Assembly: GCA_965603825.1 (NCBI GenBank) | Contig: CBFDEM010000030.1 | Coordinates: 310,001 to 374,000 of the forward strand | Direction of reading: 5' to 3' | DNA: 64,000 nt | Source: Blepharisma stoltei ATCC 30299 | Taxonomy: Eukaryota; Protista; Ciliophora | In this document: in pieces, positions 1-11,000 of the stretch | Layout of the letters: each line of letters starts with the position of its first letter | Position numbering within the stretch: the stretch's first letter is position 1 | Made by a program: the position numbers and the translations under genes | The notes under the pieces: generated by a model | What the model was told of the DNA's origin: nothing | What the model saw: the letters and a program-made list of their open reading frames with translations, nothing else | Databases searched by the model: none

Positions 1-711
1 GAAATTTTAAAAGAAGGCAGAGCTTCTCTGGTAACGTGCTTCCAAAGCTTTAAGTTCATTACGATGTATAGTATGATTCAATTTTTGTGCGTAATGATTC
101 TCTATACTCTTCATAATAGCTTGCAAGATGCTCAATTTCTTTATCAAGATTTATTTATGATACTGCCTCTTGCTATTTTTATGGCTTATACTGCAGCTTA
201 TAATTATTTATCGCCAGTAATGCCGCCTGGAGCTTTGATTTCGGTACCTGTAGTCTCATCAATTTTAGGACAAATTTTGATATCTTTAACCATGCTGATT
301 ACAGGATACTTGACAGTTCATCATCAAGACTGGTTTGTCCCCACTGAAAGTACAGTAGAGCACCCAAAGCAAGGTCCAGAAAATACTGTTTTGTTCATTT
401 TGGCTTCAACACAAATTCTGATTGTATGCATGAGCTTCAGCATAGGGCCGCCTTACAGACAGCCAGCATATGCAAACTACTGGTTCAGTAGCTGTGTAGT
501 TATTGTTTGGGTAATAAGCGTGTATTTTACTCTTACACCTGACACATTTACAAGGAAATTATTAGCGATTTATGATATGCCTATGGACTTCAAAGAGAAA
601 CTCTTGGGGATTATGTTTGCGAATTTAGTTATAGCATGGGCTTATGAGAAACTTGGTGTGAGAGTAATAATGTATTGCTTTAAGAAAATAAAGGAAAGGG
701 GAACTGATTAA
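1..711 (+). CDS. P5-type (ATP13A-like) cation-transporting ATPase, C-terminal part (5' partial)
   Basis: Frame open from base 1: EILKEGRASLVTCFQSFKFITMYSMIQF..QFLYQDL..ENTVLF..SIGPPYRQP, typical P5-ATPase C-terminal TM region; TAA stop. Confidence 0.9.
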   Translation, partial: EILKEGRASLVTCFQSFKFITMYSMIQFLCVMILYTLHNSLQDAQFLYQDLFMILPLAIFMAYTAAYNYLSPVMPPGALISVPVVSSILGQILISLTMLITGYLTVHHQDWFVPTESTVEHPKQGPENTVLFILASTQILIVCMSFSIGPPYRQPAYANYWFSSCVVIVWVISVYFTLTPDTFTRKLLAIYDMPMDFKEKLLGIMFANLVIAWAYEKLGVRVIMYCFKKIKERGTD

Positions 712-916
712 TATGAATATTAATTTATTAGTATTAGCTATTAATTTCCTTTCGTCCGATATTTTAAGCTTTCTATAATTGCTAAAACTTCTTAAACATA
801 GTAAACTCCTTCATTATTCCAAAAACCTCGCCATTTCTTTTGCAGTCTATCTTATTCCATTAGTTCTATTTTTGCTTCTAAATATGAAACTTATAAAACA
901 AGACCAAAAATTCGTT

Positions 917-932
917 TTGTGTGAAACGGATA
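917..932 (+). promoter_or_regulatory. Conserved 16-bp element TTGTGTGAAACGGATA upstream of HIBCH-like paralogue 1
   Basis: Identical 16-mer at 4257-4272 upstream of paralogue 2; flanking DNA is not conserved. Confidence 0.5.
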
Positions 933-1114
933 TTTCAGATTCTCATAAAAAATATGGACTATTATAATTAGGCTTTAGAAAGCCTTTTTGATATGATAAC
1001 ATTCCATCTTATGGCTAGTAATAATTCTTGATCAGTCTCAAAATTTATATCAAGCAGAAATTTTATTTAAATTTAATTTTATCTATCTTTAATTGCTTCT
1101 GTAATATTTAATAA

Positions 1115-2170
1115 ATGTCCATTAATGCCAACTTCTCTCAAGCACTAGTAGTTTTAGAAAGCCATAACAACGTATTCATAAAATTCAAAAGACCAGCAAG
1201 GCTAAATTCTTGGAACTCAGAAATGACACATGTAGTTAGTTATATTATTAATAGAGCTGCCAAAGAAAAGCAAAATATAATATTTTATGGAGAAGGCAGA
1301 GCGTTTTCGGCTGGTTGCGATATTCTTGGAATTGCGAAAGGAAATATTGTGCCAAGTGAAATTTTTAGATACGAAGTAGAAACTCTATTACAGTTGACGA
1401 GGTTAGAAACTCATACAGTCGCTTTGATGAACGGGATTACTATGGGAGCAGGAGCAGGACTTGCATGGGGCTGCTCTATAAGGGTATCCACACCTAACAC
1501 TGTGTGGGCAATGCCTGAGACCTCAATAGGATTTTGCCCTGATGTAGGTGCTTCGTATTTTTTAAATAAAGTGAACCCGCCTGAGCTGGGTCTTTATTTG
1601 CAGTTGACTGGAGAAAAATTGAATGGAGTTGATTGCTATTTGTTTGGGTTTTCACATTACCACATTGAAGAAAAACTTGAAAAAGTTAGAAAAGAAATCT
1701 TTTTAGGGGAAGATATCGTAAAAGTATTTGAAAAATATCACATAGAGCCTGATACCGAAAAGTCTACAATTATGCCTGTGTTAAAAGATCTGAGAGAGTG
1801 CTTTAACATTTATCACAGCCTTGAGTTTATTATTTATAAACTTAAAGAAAAAAATACACCTTGGAGCTTAAGGATTTATTCTAAGCTTCAAAAATTATGC
1901 CCGCTGTCTTTGAGAGTAGCTTATGAGTCTTTTAGAAGAGGAAGAAACCTTAGTTATATGGACTGCCTAAAAATGGAATATAACTTAGGAGTACAGATGA
2001 CGAGCTACAGATCAACGAATTTCAAAGAAGCAATTCAAAAGAAAATGATAAATAAAAGCAGAGCAGCGGTAAATTGAATACCGAATTCCATAGTTGAAAT
2101 AGGAGACTCTACCATGATTCCTTATTTCACAAATGAAGAAGGACCAAAATTGGAGTCTCCAAAGCTTTAG
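1115..2170 (+). CDS. 3-hydroxyisobutyryl-CoA hydrolase-like protein (crotonase fold), paralogue 1, C-terminal PKL
   Basis: GEGRAFSAGCD, MNGITMGAGAG, WAMPETSIGFCPDVG motifs; TGA at 2075-2077 aligns to TGG in paralogue 2 (VNW); ends ..ESPKL-TAG at 2170. Confidence 0.9.
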
Positions 2171-2612
2171 AAGTCTTAACTAGAATTTAACTCTAAATGT
2201 GTCTGGTAGTTTATTCTAAGCAAAAAACCAAATACATTTATGAAATATCCCAATTAATTTTTTTGAGTTTTTCTTCGTTTACTTTTCAATAAATCATTGT
2301 TCCATCACTGTAATTTTGGTGTTGTTTTTTAAGCAAGCGGTACTAATTAAAATTATATTGTTTACATAAAATTTAGAGCAATAAATCAGTTGAAATTAGC
2401 TTTTACATGATTTTAAATCATATTAAATAGACTATAAGTTACAAATTTTGACTCTAACTTGAAATTATCAATATTTTACACCAATTTTTCTTTATGACTC
2501 TATACCACTGAATTTTGTTAAAGAATTATTATTTTTCACCTTTATTGAGTTTGCACATTAAGAAACTTACTTGTCAAAAATTCGTCAACTTACATACGTC
2601 ACCATAATTAAT

Positions 2613-3521
2613 ATGAGAAGGCTTGAGCTCTTAGACAAACACCTTTCTTCACAGCCTTTATATTGGGTCCTCAAAAACACTGACATAAAGGAATTCAAGA
2701 AAGTTGGGAACCTCAAGGGAAAAACAATTGTAATTACAGGCGCATCGAGAGGAATAGGTCTAGCAATTGCAAAAAAAGCTGCAGCTGATGGAGCTAATAT
2801 TGCGATTTTAGCGAAGACCGTTGAACCTCACAAAAAGCTTGAAAATACCATTTACACAGCTGCTAAAGAAATCGAAGAGGCAGGTGGAAAAGCTTTACCA
2901 ATTAGATGTGATATTCGCTTCGAAGATCAAGTAAAATCTGCTATTGAGCAAACAGTCGCTACCTTTGGCGGCATAGATATTTTAATCAACAACGCTTCTT
3001 ACATCGCCCTCACCCCGACTCTTGATACAACTATGAAATCATATGACTTAATGAACAGCATCGTCGCCAGAGGCACTTTTATGCTCTCAAAATACTGTAT
3101 ACCACACCTACTGAAGGCTCAAAACCCTCACATTCTCAACATTACTCCACCAATTAATCTGAACCCTAAATGGCTCGCTCCACATTTGGCTTATACAATT
3201 GCAAAATACGGAGACAGCATGTGTGTAGTTGGATTGAGTGAAGAATATAAAGGACAAATCGGAGTTAACGCATTATGGCCAAGAACAACTATCGCCACTG
3301 CAGCTATAAGACTTGCCTTAGGAGGAGAACCTATAATGCAAAGGTCAAGAAAAGTTGACATCATGTCAGATGCTGCTTATACCATTTTGACCAGCTGCAA
3401 TAAAGCAACCAATGGAAACTTCTTTATTGATGATGAAGTTGTAGGGCCTGTAGATTTAAAGAAGTATAATGTGAACCCGAACATCCCTCTAGAAGAGCTC
3501 ATGCCTGACCCATACGTCTAA
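2613..3521 (+). CDS. HSDL2: Hydroxysteroid dehydrogenase-like 2 (HSDL2-type SDR, no SCP2 domain), N-terminal PTS2-like RLELLDKHL
   Basis: TGASRGIG, INNAS, YTIAK, ALWPRTTIATAA motifs; first ATG at 2613. Confidence 0.88.
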   Translation: MRRLELLDKHLSSQPLYWVLKNTDIKEFKKVGNLKGKTIVITGASRGIGLAIAKKAAADGANIAILAKTVEPHKKLENTIYTAAKEIEEAGGKALPIRCDIRFEDQVKSAIEQTVATFGGIDILINNASYIALTPTLDTTMKSYDLMNSIVARGTFMLSKYCIPHLLKAQNPHILNITPPINLNPKWLAPHLAYTIAKYGDSMCVVGLSEEYKGQIGVNALWPRTTIATAAIRLALGGEPIMQRSRKVDIMSDAAYTILTSCNKATNGNFFIDDEVVGPVDLKKYNVNPNIPLEELMPDPYV

Positions 3522-4256
3522 TTAATAGATCTAGATATCAATTGTGTAAAAAATAAATTTAGCTAATGGTTATTATGTATAGAGCTGTAAGATGGTATAT
3601 TTAAGCCAGATAAAAATTATTTTCTATTTGCAATTTTTCGTATCAAGTTTAAATAATCTTGAAAAATCTTTGCACTTTAAATTTCAAGAGTGCTCATTAG
3701 GATTATGCATTTACTTTTATCTGATATTATTAATTGTTTACAATTCAACAATTATATTTTCTGTTCTTTATATTAAAAGGAAACTCCATCATATATGTCA
3801 TTTTTATACTTCGCAGGATCTGCAAGCTTTAAAAAATTCCATAAAGAAAGACAGATTAAATAGCCAGTTTTACTGTACATTTAAAATATCATAGTTTGAG
3901 AAAAAATTTGATTTAAATATTTAAATTAAAGATTCTAATAAAATCTTAATCTAATGTATTAATGAAGCTGTTTTAATAATACCTGCTAGATATTAGACAT
4001 TAGAATTAAATTGTAAGATTAATAAACAATGATTGTATGCAAATTATTTTATAATTAATTTTTGAAGCATGCTTTTATTCATTCTTTTTTTTCTAATATT
4101 TAATATAATAGTTAGAAAGGCTCTACTAAAAATATTATAAAGCTTCTAATCTAAAATATTTCATTAAAGGCTTAATTAGAATTTTTATGCTTAATAAAAA
4201 TACTCGGTCAAATAATTATAAGCAAGCTATATGAAATTACTTATATTTTCCATTTC

Positions 4257-4272
4257 TTGTGTGAAACGGATA
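4257..4272 (+). promoter_or_regulatory. Conserved 16-bp element TTGTGTGAAACGGATA upstream of HIBCH-like paralogue 2
   Basis: Exact repeat of 917-932. Confidence 0.5.
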
Positions 4273-4337
4273 GTCTTAACACCTATTGATTTCCCTAAAT
4301 CAGACTATTTCATTATTCGTTAAATAAAAACAAGGTA

Positions 4338-5390
4338 ATGGATTCAGAAGCAGCAGATTCTCAAGTCATTTGTGTCGATAAAGCAAATACTCTCTTCATT
4401 AAAATAAACCGCCCATCAGCCCTGAACTCTTGGAATTTAGAAATGCTACAGTTTGCTCATAGGTTTCTCGCCAAGGCTCAGCAAGAAAGAAAAAATCTTG
4501 TGTTTTATGGAGAAGGCCGAGCTTTTTCAGTGGGTGGCGACATTCTTCAGCTTTTAACAGGTCAAGCAGGTGTGGAAGAAGTATTTATGTCACTTAATGC
4601 TTCTCTCTATATAATAAGCAATTTGCCAACAACAACTGTTACTTTTATGGATGGATTAACCATGGGCGGCGGATGCGGAGTGTCTTGGGCATGCAAAATA
4701 GCAGTTGCCACCCCTAAGACAGTTTGGGCAATGCCAGAGTCTTCTATAGGTTTTTGTCCTGATGCTGGGTCTTCTTACCATTTAAGCAGACTCTCTATCC
4801 CTGAGTTAGGGCTCTATTTGAAACTAACTGGTGAAAGAATAAATGGCGCTGACTGCTATTTTTATGGACTAGCTAAATACTACATCTTAGAAGACAAAGA
4901 AAAGATTTTGCAAGAGATGAGAGAAGACGAAGATTTAGAAAAAATAATAAAAAAATACCACGTAGAGCCAAGGCAAAAAGAGTCAACAATTATGCCAATT
5001 ATGAGAGATTTGATATATTGCTTCAATAATCATATCGACGTAGAAACAATAATGTATCGACTTAGACAAACAAATTCCTCCTGGAGCTTAAAAACATTGA
5101 AGAAGCTAGAAGATTTGTGCCCACTCTCACTGAGGATTGCTCATGAAGCTTTTAAAAGGGGAAAACAATTAAGTTATGAGCGATGCTTGAAAATGGAATT
5201 TAATTTAGCTGCGCAAATGCTTGAATATAGAAATAAAAATTTCAAGGAAGCTGCTGAGCACAAGTTTATAAATAAAAACCGAGGGAGAGTAAACTGGTCA
5301 CCAAACTCAATTGAAGAGGTTGGCGAGAGTACCATACAGCCTTATTTTGCTAATCAAGAAGGAATCAAGCTACTGTTTCCTCGACTTTAA
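4338..5390 (+). CDS. 3-hydroxyisobutyryl-CoA hydrolase-like protein, paralogue 2, C-terminal PRL
   Basis: GEGRAFSVGGD, WAMPESSIGFCPDAG; colinear with 1115-2170. Confidence 0.9.
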   Translation: MDSEAADSQVICVDKANTLFIKINRPSALNSWNLEMLQFAHRFLAKAQQERKNLVFYGEGRAFSVGGDILQLLTGQAGVEEVFMSLNASLYIISNLPTTTVTFMDGLTMGGGCGVSWACKIAVATPKTVWAMPESSIGFCPDAGSSYHLSRLSIPELGLYLKLTGERINGADCYFYGLAKYYILEDKEKILQEMREDEDLEKIIKKYHVEPRQKESTIMPIMRDLIYCFNNHIDVETIMYRLRQTNSSWSLKTLKKLEDLCPLSLRIAHEAFKRGKQLSYERCLKMEFNLAAQMLEYRNKNFKEAAEHKFINKNRGRVNWSPNSIEEVGESTIQPYFANQEGIKLLFPRL

Positions 5391-5555
5391 GTTTTATATT
5401 AAGTATAATTCAGATTTAACAAAGAATAATTTTAAATTGCATATGCAGATAGTGAAGCAATGTCTATATATGTCTCTTATCGTAATACATATCTTGCTTC
5501 TTATTTTGAATAAACTTTATAACAAAAGAATGATTTAATAATTAAATTAATAGAT

Positions 5556-7106
5556 TTATTCATTAAGCAGTTTCTTACAAAAATCCACAAGTTCAGCATA
5601 ACCTTCTAAGTCCACTTCTTCATTATTGATTATTTGCTCAATTCTTTTAGTAAGTTTTTCATACTTTGGATCATTAAATTCTCTTAAAGTACTTAAGGAT
5701 TTGTAAGCAATTTCCATCATATCTTTTTTTGAATTGTTATCATATGCCTCAATAATCATTCTCATGCAATAGCCTGTTGAATGATCAGAATTTCCTACTA
5801 TTTCTATAATTGCTTCTCCTGGATCCTCTACCACTTTTTCGTTTTCTTCATATTCTATCACTTCAGAAAGAGATTCTTGTTTTCTAGTAATTCTCGTCTC
5901 GCTGCTTTCTACTCCGTGTGCTGTTTTTAGATTACTCATAGTTTGGGGTCTATCTATAACTTTGCTACTACTTGTAGGTAAATTACTAGATTGCTTACTA
6001 AAATTACTTATTTGGAGCTTTAATCTTTCATTTTCTTTTTTTAGACTTTGGATTTCTACCTGAACTGTTTCTAGTTGTTTACGTGAATTAGTTATCTGAA
6101 GACTCAACCTTTCATTTTCTTCTTTTAATTCTTGCATATCTATCAAAAATAGTGTGCTTCCTTTATTCTTTGCAGCTTCACACTTTAGTTTTTCATTCTC
6201 ATCCATAAGGCCATTTATTCTATATTGTAGATTAGTGATTTCTTTATCCTTTTTACCAATAATTTCTTCTGATTTGAATTTTTCAGAAGTAAGACCTTTT
6301 ATTGTTCCATTAAGACTAATAATTTCTTTGTTTTTTCCTTCAGTCTGCTTCTTTAATTCATCTTCAAGTGTTCCGATTTTTAGAGAGCATAATGATTTAA
6401 AAGAACTCAGCTCGTTTTGCAGTGCGATTATTGCATTTTTCAGCTCGCTTTCAACTTTTTGCAACTGTATTCTATGAGTTTCTTCCCCTCTATTTGTAAT
6501 TTCAAGAATCTTCTTATCAAACTCAACTTTTATTTCTTCTTTCTCTTTAGTAAATGCTTCAATATTCCTGTCTCTTCTACTGATATTTTTCCTCAATTCT
6601 TCTAACTCTTGCCTATATTGTTGTATTTTCCTGTAATTTTCTTCGATTGTTATTTTATTTTCGTTGAGAATTATCACATACCAATTGATCATCTCTTCTT
6701 GTTTTTTCAAAAGATTTTTATCATTCTCATTATCTTTCAGGCATTTTGACAATAACTCTCTTTGGTATTCATGCTCTTCTTTTAGATGTTTCATGCTTAC
6801 TTTTTCTCTTTCATAAGTTTCGATCCTCTTTTGGATTTGCAAAAAGCAAGAGTAGGTGAAATTTCATAACTCAACGACCTCTTTATTCCAACACTCCTCA
6901 ATTTTTTTGAGATGGGGCTTTAGATCGCCAAATTTGGTTAATAAAAGGGATGATTTCGAGATGATTGTTTCTCGATACGCATTAGGAAATTCTTTTTGAC
7001 GTCTAAGTTCTTCAAGATATTCGTTTTACTCGAGGTATTTTTCTTGACTTTTTCTTCGATTGGAATCTTCTACAAGTATCTTTAGGTTTAATCTTTCTTC
7101 TTCCAT
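5556..7106 (-). CDS. Coiled-coil protein of unknown function; one in-frame TAA at 7026-7028 (possible pseudogene or later start)
   Basis: 428-aa E/K/L-rich heptad ORF extends upstream through TGA=W to MEEERLNLK at 7106, interrupted only by TAA in YLE*NEYLEE; no 15-nt intron removes it. Confidence 0.6.
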
Positions 7107-8083
7107 TTGAATAATTATATTGTAATTTCTTCTGCTTTCCTTTATAAAACTGAAGAGGGGGCTCATCTAAATATTCAGCGGAGCATTTCAAGCACTTTCT
7201 ATGCATATTGGAATATCGATATCAACAAAAAAATGAACCCCAATTTTGTATTATAAATCGAGTAATAATTAAGTATAAAAGCAGCATAGAAAACTATTGA
7301 ATATTGTTTTAGCGTCGGATCCTCAAGCATGATAAAGCGAATTAAACGAATAATGCTTCAATTATTTGCAAATCATTTTAATTAAAAAGTCCTTATGGTA
7401 AGTTAAGAAAAAAACCAGTAATATCTTTCTAATTGTTTTATGAGAGTTGGAAATAAGGTTTAATAAATTTTGCAATGCCAATATAAAAAATTCCCTTTAT
7501 TTTAATTTAATAAAAAAATTCAATAGAAATCAATAAAATGCTACTTTTTTGTTTAAATAATCTAAAAATTTTTTATCAATCCCAATTGTAGTTAATTATT
7601 ATTTTTTGGCTTTCTTTTGATGCTTATATTTACTATATATACCAAACTTTTGATTTCAGACTTTCTTCAACTACTAATTGATCCATATTAGAATTGAATA
7701 ATGATAGCCGTAGATTCCAGATTACTTAAAACATAAGCATTGCAGCACCATCATAATTTCATAAATAATTCGATTAGTTTTTTGATTAGAAGCATAAATT
7801 TAAGACAATTTATATATAAGACACAATCAAACCTTTTTTAGTAAAATAATAATAATTTTTGAAATATTTAAAGATTACTACCAATACACTATCAATAATC
7901 AAATCTAATATAAATTGCATCAATTATCTGGAAAAATTAAATTTATTGCTTCTTACACAATGCTCTTATTTAGCTTCAGCTTAACTATCACTCAAAACCT
8001 TCAATTTCTCTCATTTGAGAATCCTTATTTTAGACAAATTTATTGATTTCGCTTCTAAATAGCTAAAACGGTTAACATTAAAA

Positions 8084-11000
8084 ATGTCAGCGAAGTTCAT
8101 AATCGCCTTGTGCTTACTAGCATTGGCAAATACAGCTCAAGGATTGAAAACAAACAATAAATTACAAGCTTTAAATGCTCCCTCTGTATTTTTAGAAGTT
8201 TCACAAGATACAGTTTCTGATGAGTCTGCTTACACTAGTGAAAGCTCTAATAGTGCGGATGAAATTTCAACAACTGATGAAACTACGGAGAGTGATGGGA
8301 CTGCTGAAGATAGCGGAGCAACTGAAGAAGAATCCACAAGCGATGAGTCAACCTCATCTGCAGATGAGAGCACTGAGGAATCTTCATCATCAAATGAAGA
8401 AAATGGAAATGATGAAGGTACAAGCACCGATGAAAGCGAAGAAACATCAACAGAAGAGGAAGCTGATGAAGCTAATACAACTGAAGAAGAATCTACAAGT
8501 TCAGAATCTTCAGAAGAATCAAGTGATAGTTCATCTGAAGAGACAGAGACAACTGATGAAACTAGTACAACTGAAGAAGAAACCAGTTCATCAGACGAGA
8601 GCACTACCGAAGAATATTCAGAAACATCAACTGATAGCGAAGAATCTTCATCAAGCGATTCAAGCGATCAAGCAACTGAAGAAGAGTCCTCTGAGACTGA
8701 AAGTACTGAATCAAGCTCAACTGAAGAAGAAAGCTCATTAAGTGAGACATCTGAGGAAACAGCCACAGATGAGACTGATGAATCTACTGAGGAAACTACG
8801 ACAGATGAGACTACCACTGAGGAATCTTCATCTGAAAGTGCATCCACTGAAGAGTCAACAACATCTAGTGAAGGTGATGAAACAGCGGAAGAATCTAGCG
8901 AAAGCACTGAAAATGCGTCGACTGAAGATGCATCGGATGAATATTATACTGAAAGTTATTTAAGCGAAACCGATTCCACTCAAACTGAAGAGTCAAGTGA
9001 AACAGAATCTACTGAAGAAGCAACTAGTGAAGAAGAGTCTACTGAAGATGCTGAAACCTCCTCAAGTGATGAAACAGAAGAGTCTACTGAAGATGCTGAA
9101 AGCTCTTCAAGTGATGAAACAGAAGAATCTTCTGAAGAAGCCTCAAGTGATGAGACAACAACTGAAAGCTCCTCAAGTGATGAGGGAAGTACTGATTCTA
9201 GCGAGACAGACAGTACTGAAGAAAGTTCCAGCGAAGAAACTTCAGAATCAAGTGATGAGGCAACAGAAAGTGAAGAAAGCTCAAGCGAAGAGACAGCATC
9301 AGAAGAGACGAGTGAATCAGAAACCGCTGAAGATACCTCAAACGAGGAGGAAACTTCTGAATCAAATGAATCAGAAAATAGCGAAGAAACTTCAAGTGAG
9401 GATGAAACTGCAGAAGCTAGCGAATCTGATAGTGCTGAAAACTCTTCTAGTAGTGAGGAAACAGCTGAGGAGTCAAGCGAATCTGAATCCTCTGAAAGCT
9501 CTTATAGTGAGGAAACAACTGAGGAGTCAAGCGAATCTGAGTCTTCTGAAAGCGCAAGCGATGAAGAAACAAGTGAAGAAGCTAGTGAGGATGCTGAAAG
9601 CTCTTCAAGTGAGTCAAGCGAAACTGAAGAATCATCTAGTGATGAAGAAACCACTGAATCAAGCGAATCTGAGTCGACAGAAACTACCTCAAGCGAAGAA
9701 TCAAGTGAGTCAGAGTATGTTGAAAGTTCCTCTACTGATGAGACAACTACTGAGTCCAGTGAAGAAACGGAAACCAGTACAGAGGAATCAAGTGAAGAAG
9801 CTGAAACCACTGATGAGGAATCAAGTGAGGAAGCTGAAACCACTGATGAGGAATCAAGTGAGGAAGCTGAAACCACTGATGAGGAATCAAGCGAGGAAGC
9901 TGAAACCACTGAAGCAAGTGAAGAAGACTCTAGTGATGAGACAACTACTGAGTCCAGTGGAGCAGAGGAGTCAAGTGAAGAAACTGAAGCCACCGATCAG
10001 GAATCAAGCGAAGAAACTTCAAGCGATGAAACTTCTAGCGAAGAAACTTCAAGCGATGAAACTTCTAGCGAAGAAGCATCAAGTGAAGAAGCATCTAGTG
10101 AAGAAACCTCTAGCGAAGAAACCTCTAGCGAAGAAACTTCTACTGAAGAAACATCTAGTGACGAAGCTTCTAGTGAAGAAACATCTAGCGACGAAGCCTC
10201 TAGCGAAGAAACTTCTAGCGAAGAGACTTCTAGTGAAGAAACTGAAGCTACTGATGAGGAATCAAGCGAAGAAACCTCGAGTGAAGAAACTGAAGCTACT
10301 GATGAGGAATCAAGCGAAGAAACTTCTAGTGAAGATACTTCTAGCGAAGAAACCTCAAGTGAAGAGATATCCAGCGAAGAAACTTCTAGTGAAGAAACTG
10401 AAGCTACTGATGAGGATTCAAGCGAAGAAACTTCAAGTGAAGACACATCTAGTGAAGAAACCTCTAGTGAAGAAACATCGAGTGAAGAGAGCTCTAGCGA
10501 AGAAACTTCTAGTGAAGAAACATCTAGTGAAGAAACCTCTAGTGAAGAAACCTCTAGTGAAGAAACTTCTAGCGAAGAAGCTTCAAGTGAAGAAACCTCT
10601 AGTGAAGAAACCTCCAGTGAAGAAACATCTAGTGAAGAAACATCGAGTGAAGAAACCTCTAGCGAAGAAACTTCTAATGAAGAAACCTCTAGCGAAGAAA
10701 CCTCTAGTGAAGGTGCTTCTAGTGACGAAGCCTCTAGTGAAGAAACTGAAGCTACTGATGAGGAATCAAGCGAAGAAACCTCGAGTGAAGAAACATCAAG
10801 CGAAGAAACTTCTAGCGAAGAAACATCAAGTGAAGAAGCATCTAGTGAGGAAACCTCTAGCGAAGAAACTTCTAGTGAAGAAACCTCAAGTGAAGAAACT
10901 TCTAGTGAAGAAGCCTCTAGCGAAGAAACTTCTAGTGAAGAAACTTCAAGTGAAGACACATCTAGTGAAGAAACCTCCAGCGAAGAGACCTCTAGTGAAG

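Noticed and set aside
779-967. Small ORF-track calls in AT-rich spacers (779-967, 3592-3894, 5311-5538, 25114-25302)
   Set aside because: Short, spacer-like composition, mostly non-ATG or overlapping starts, no motifs
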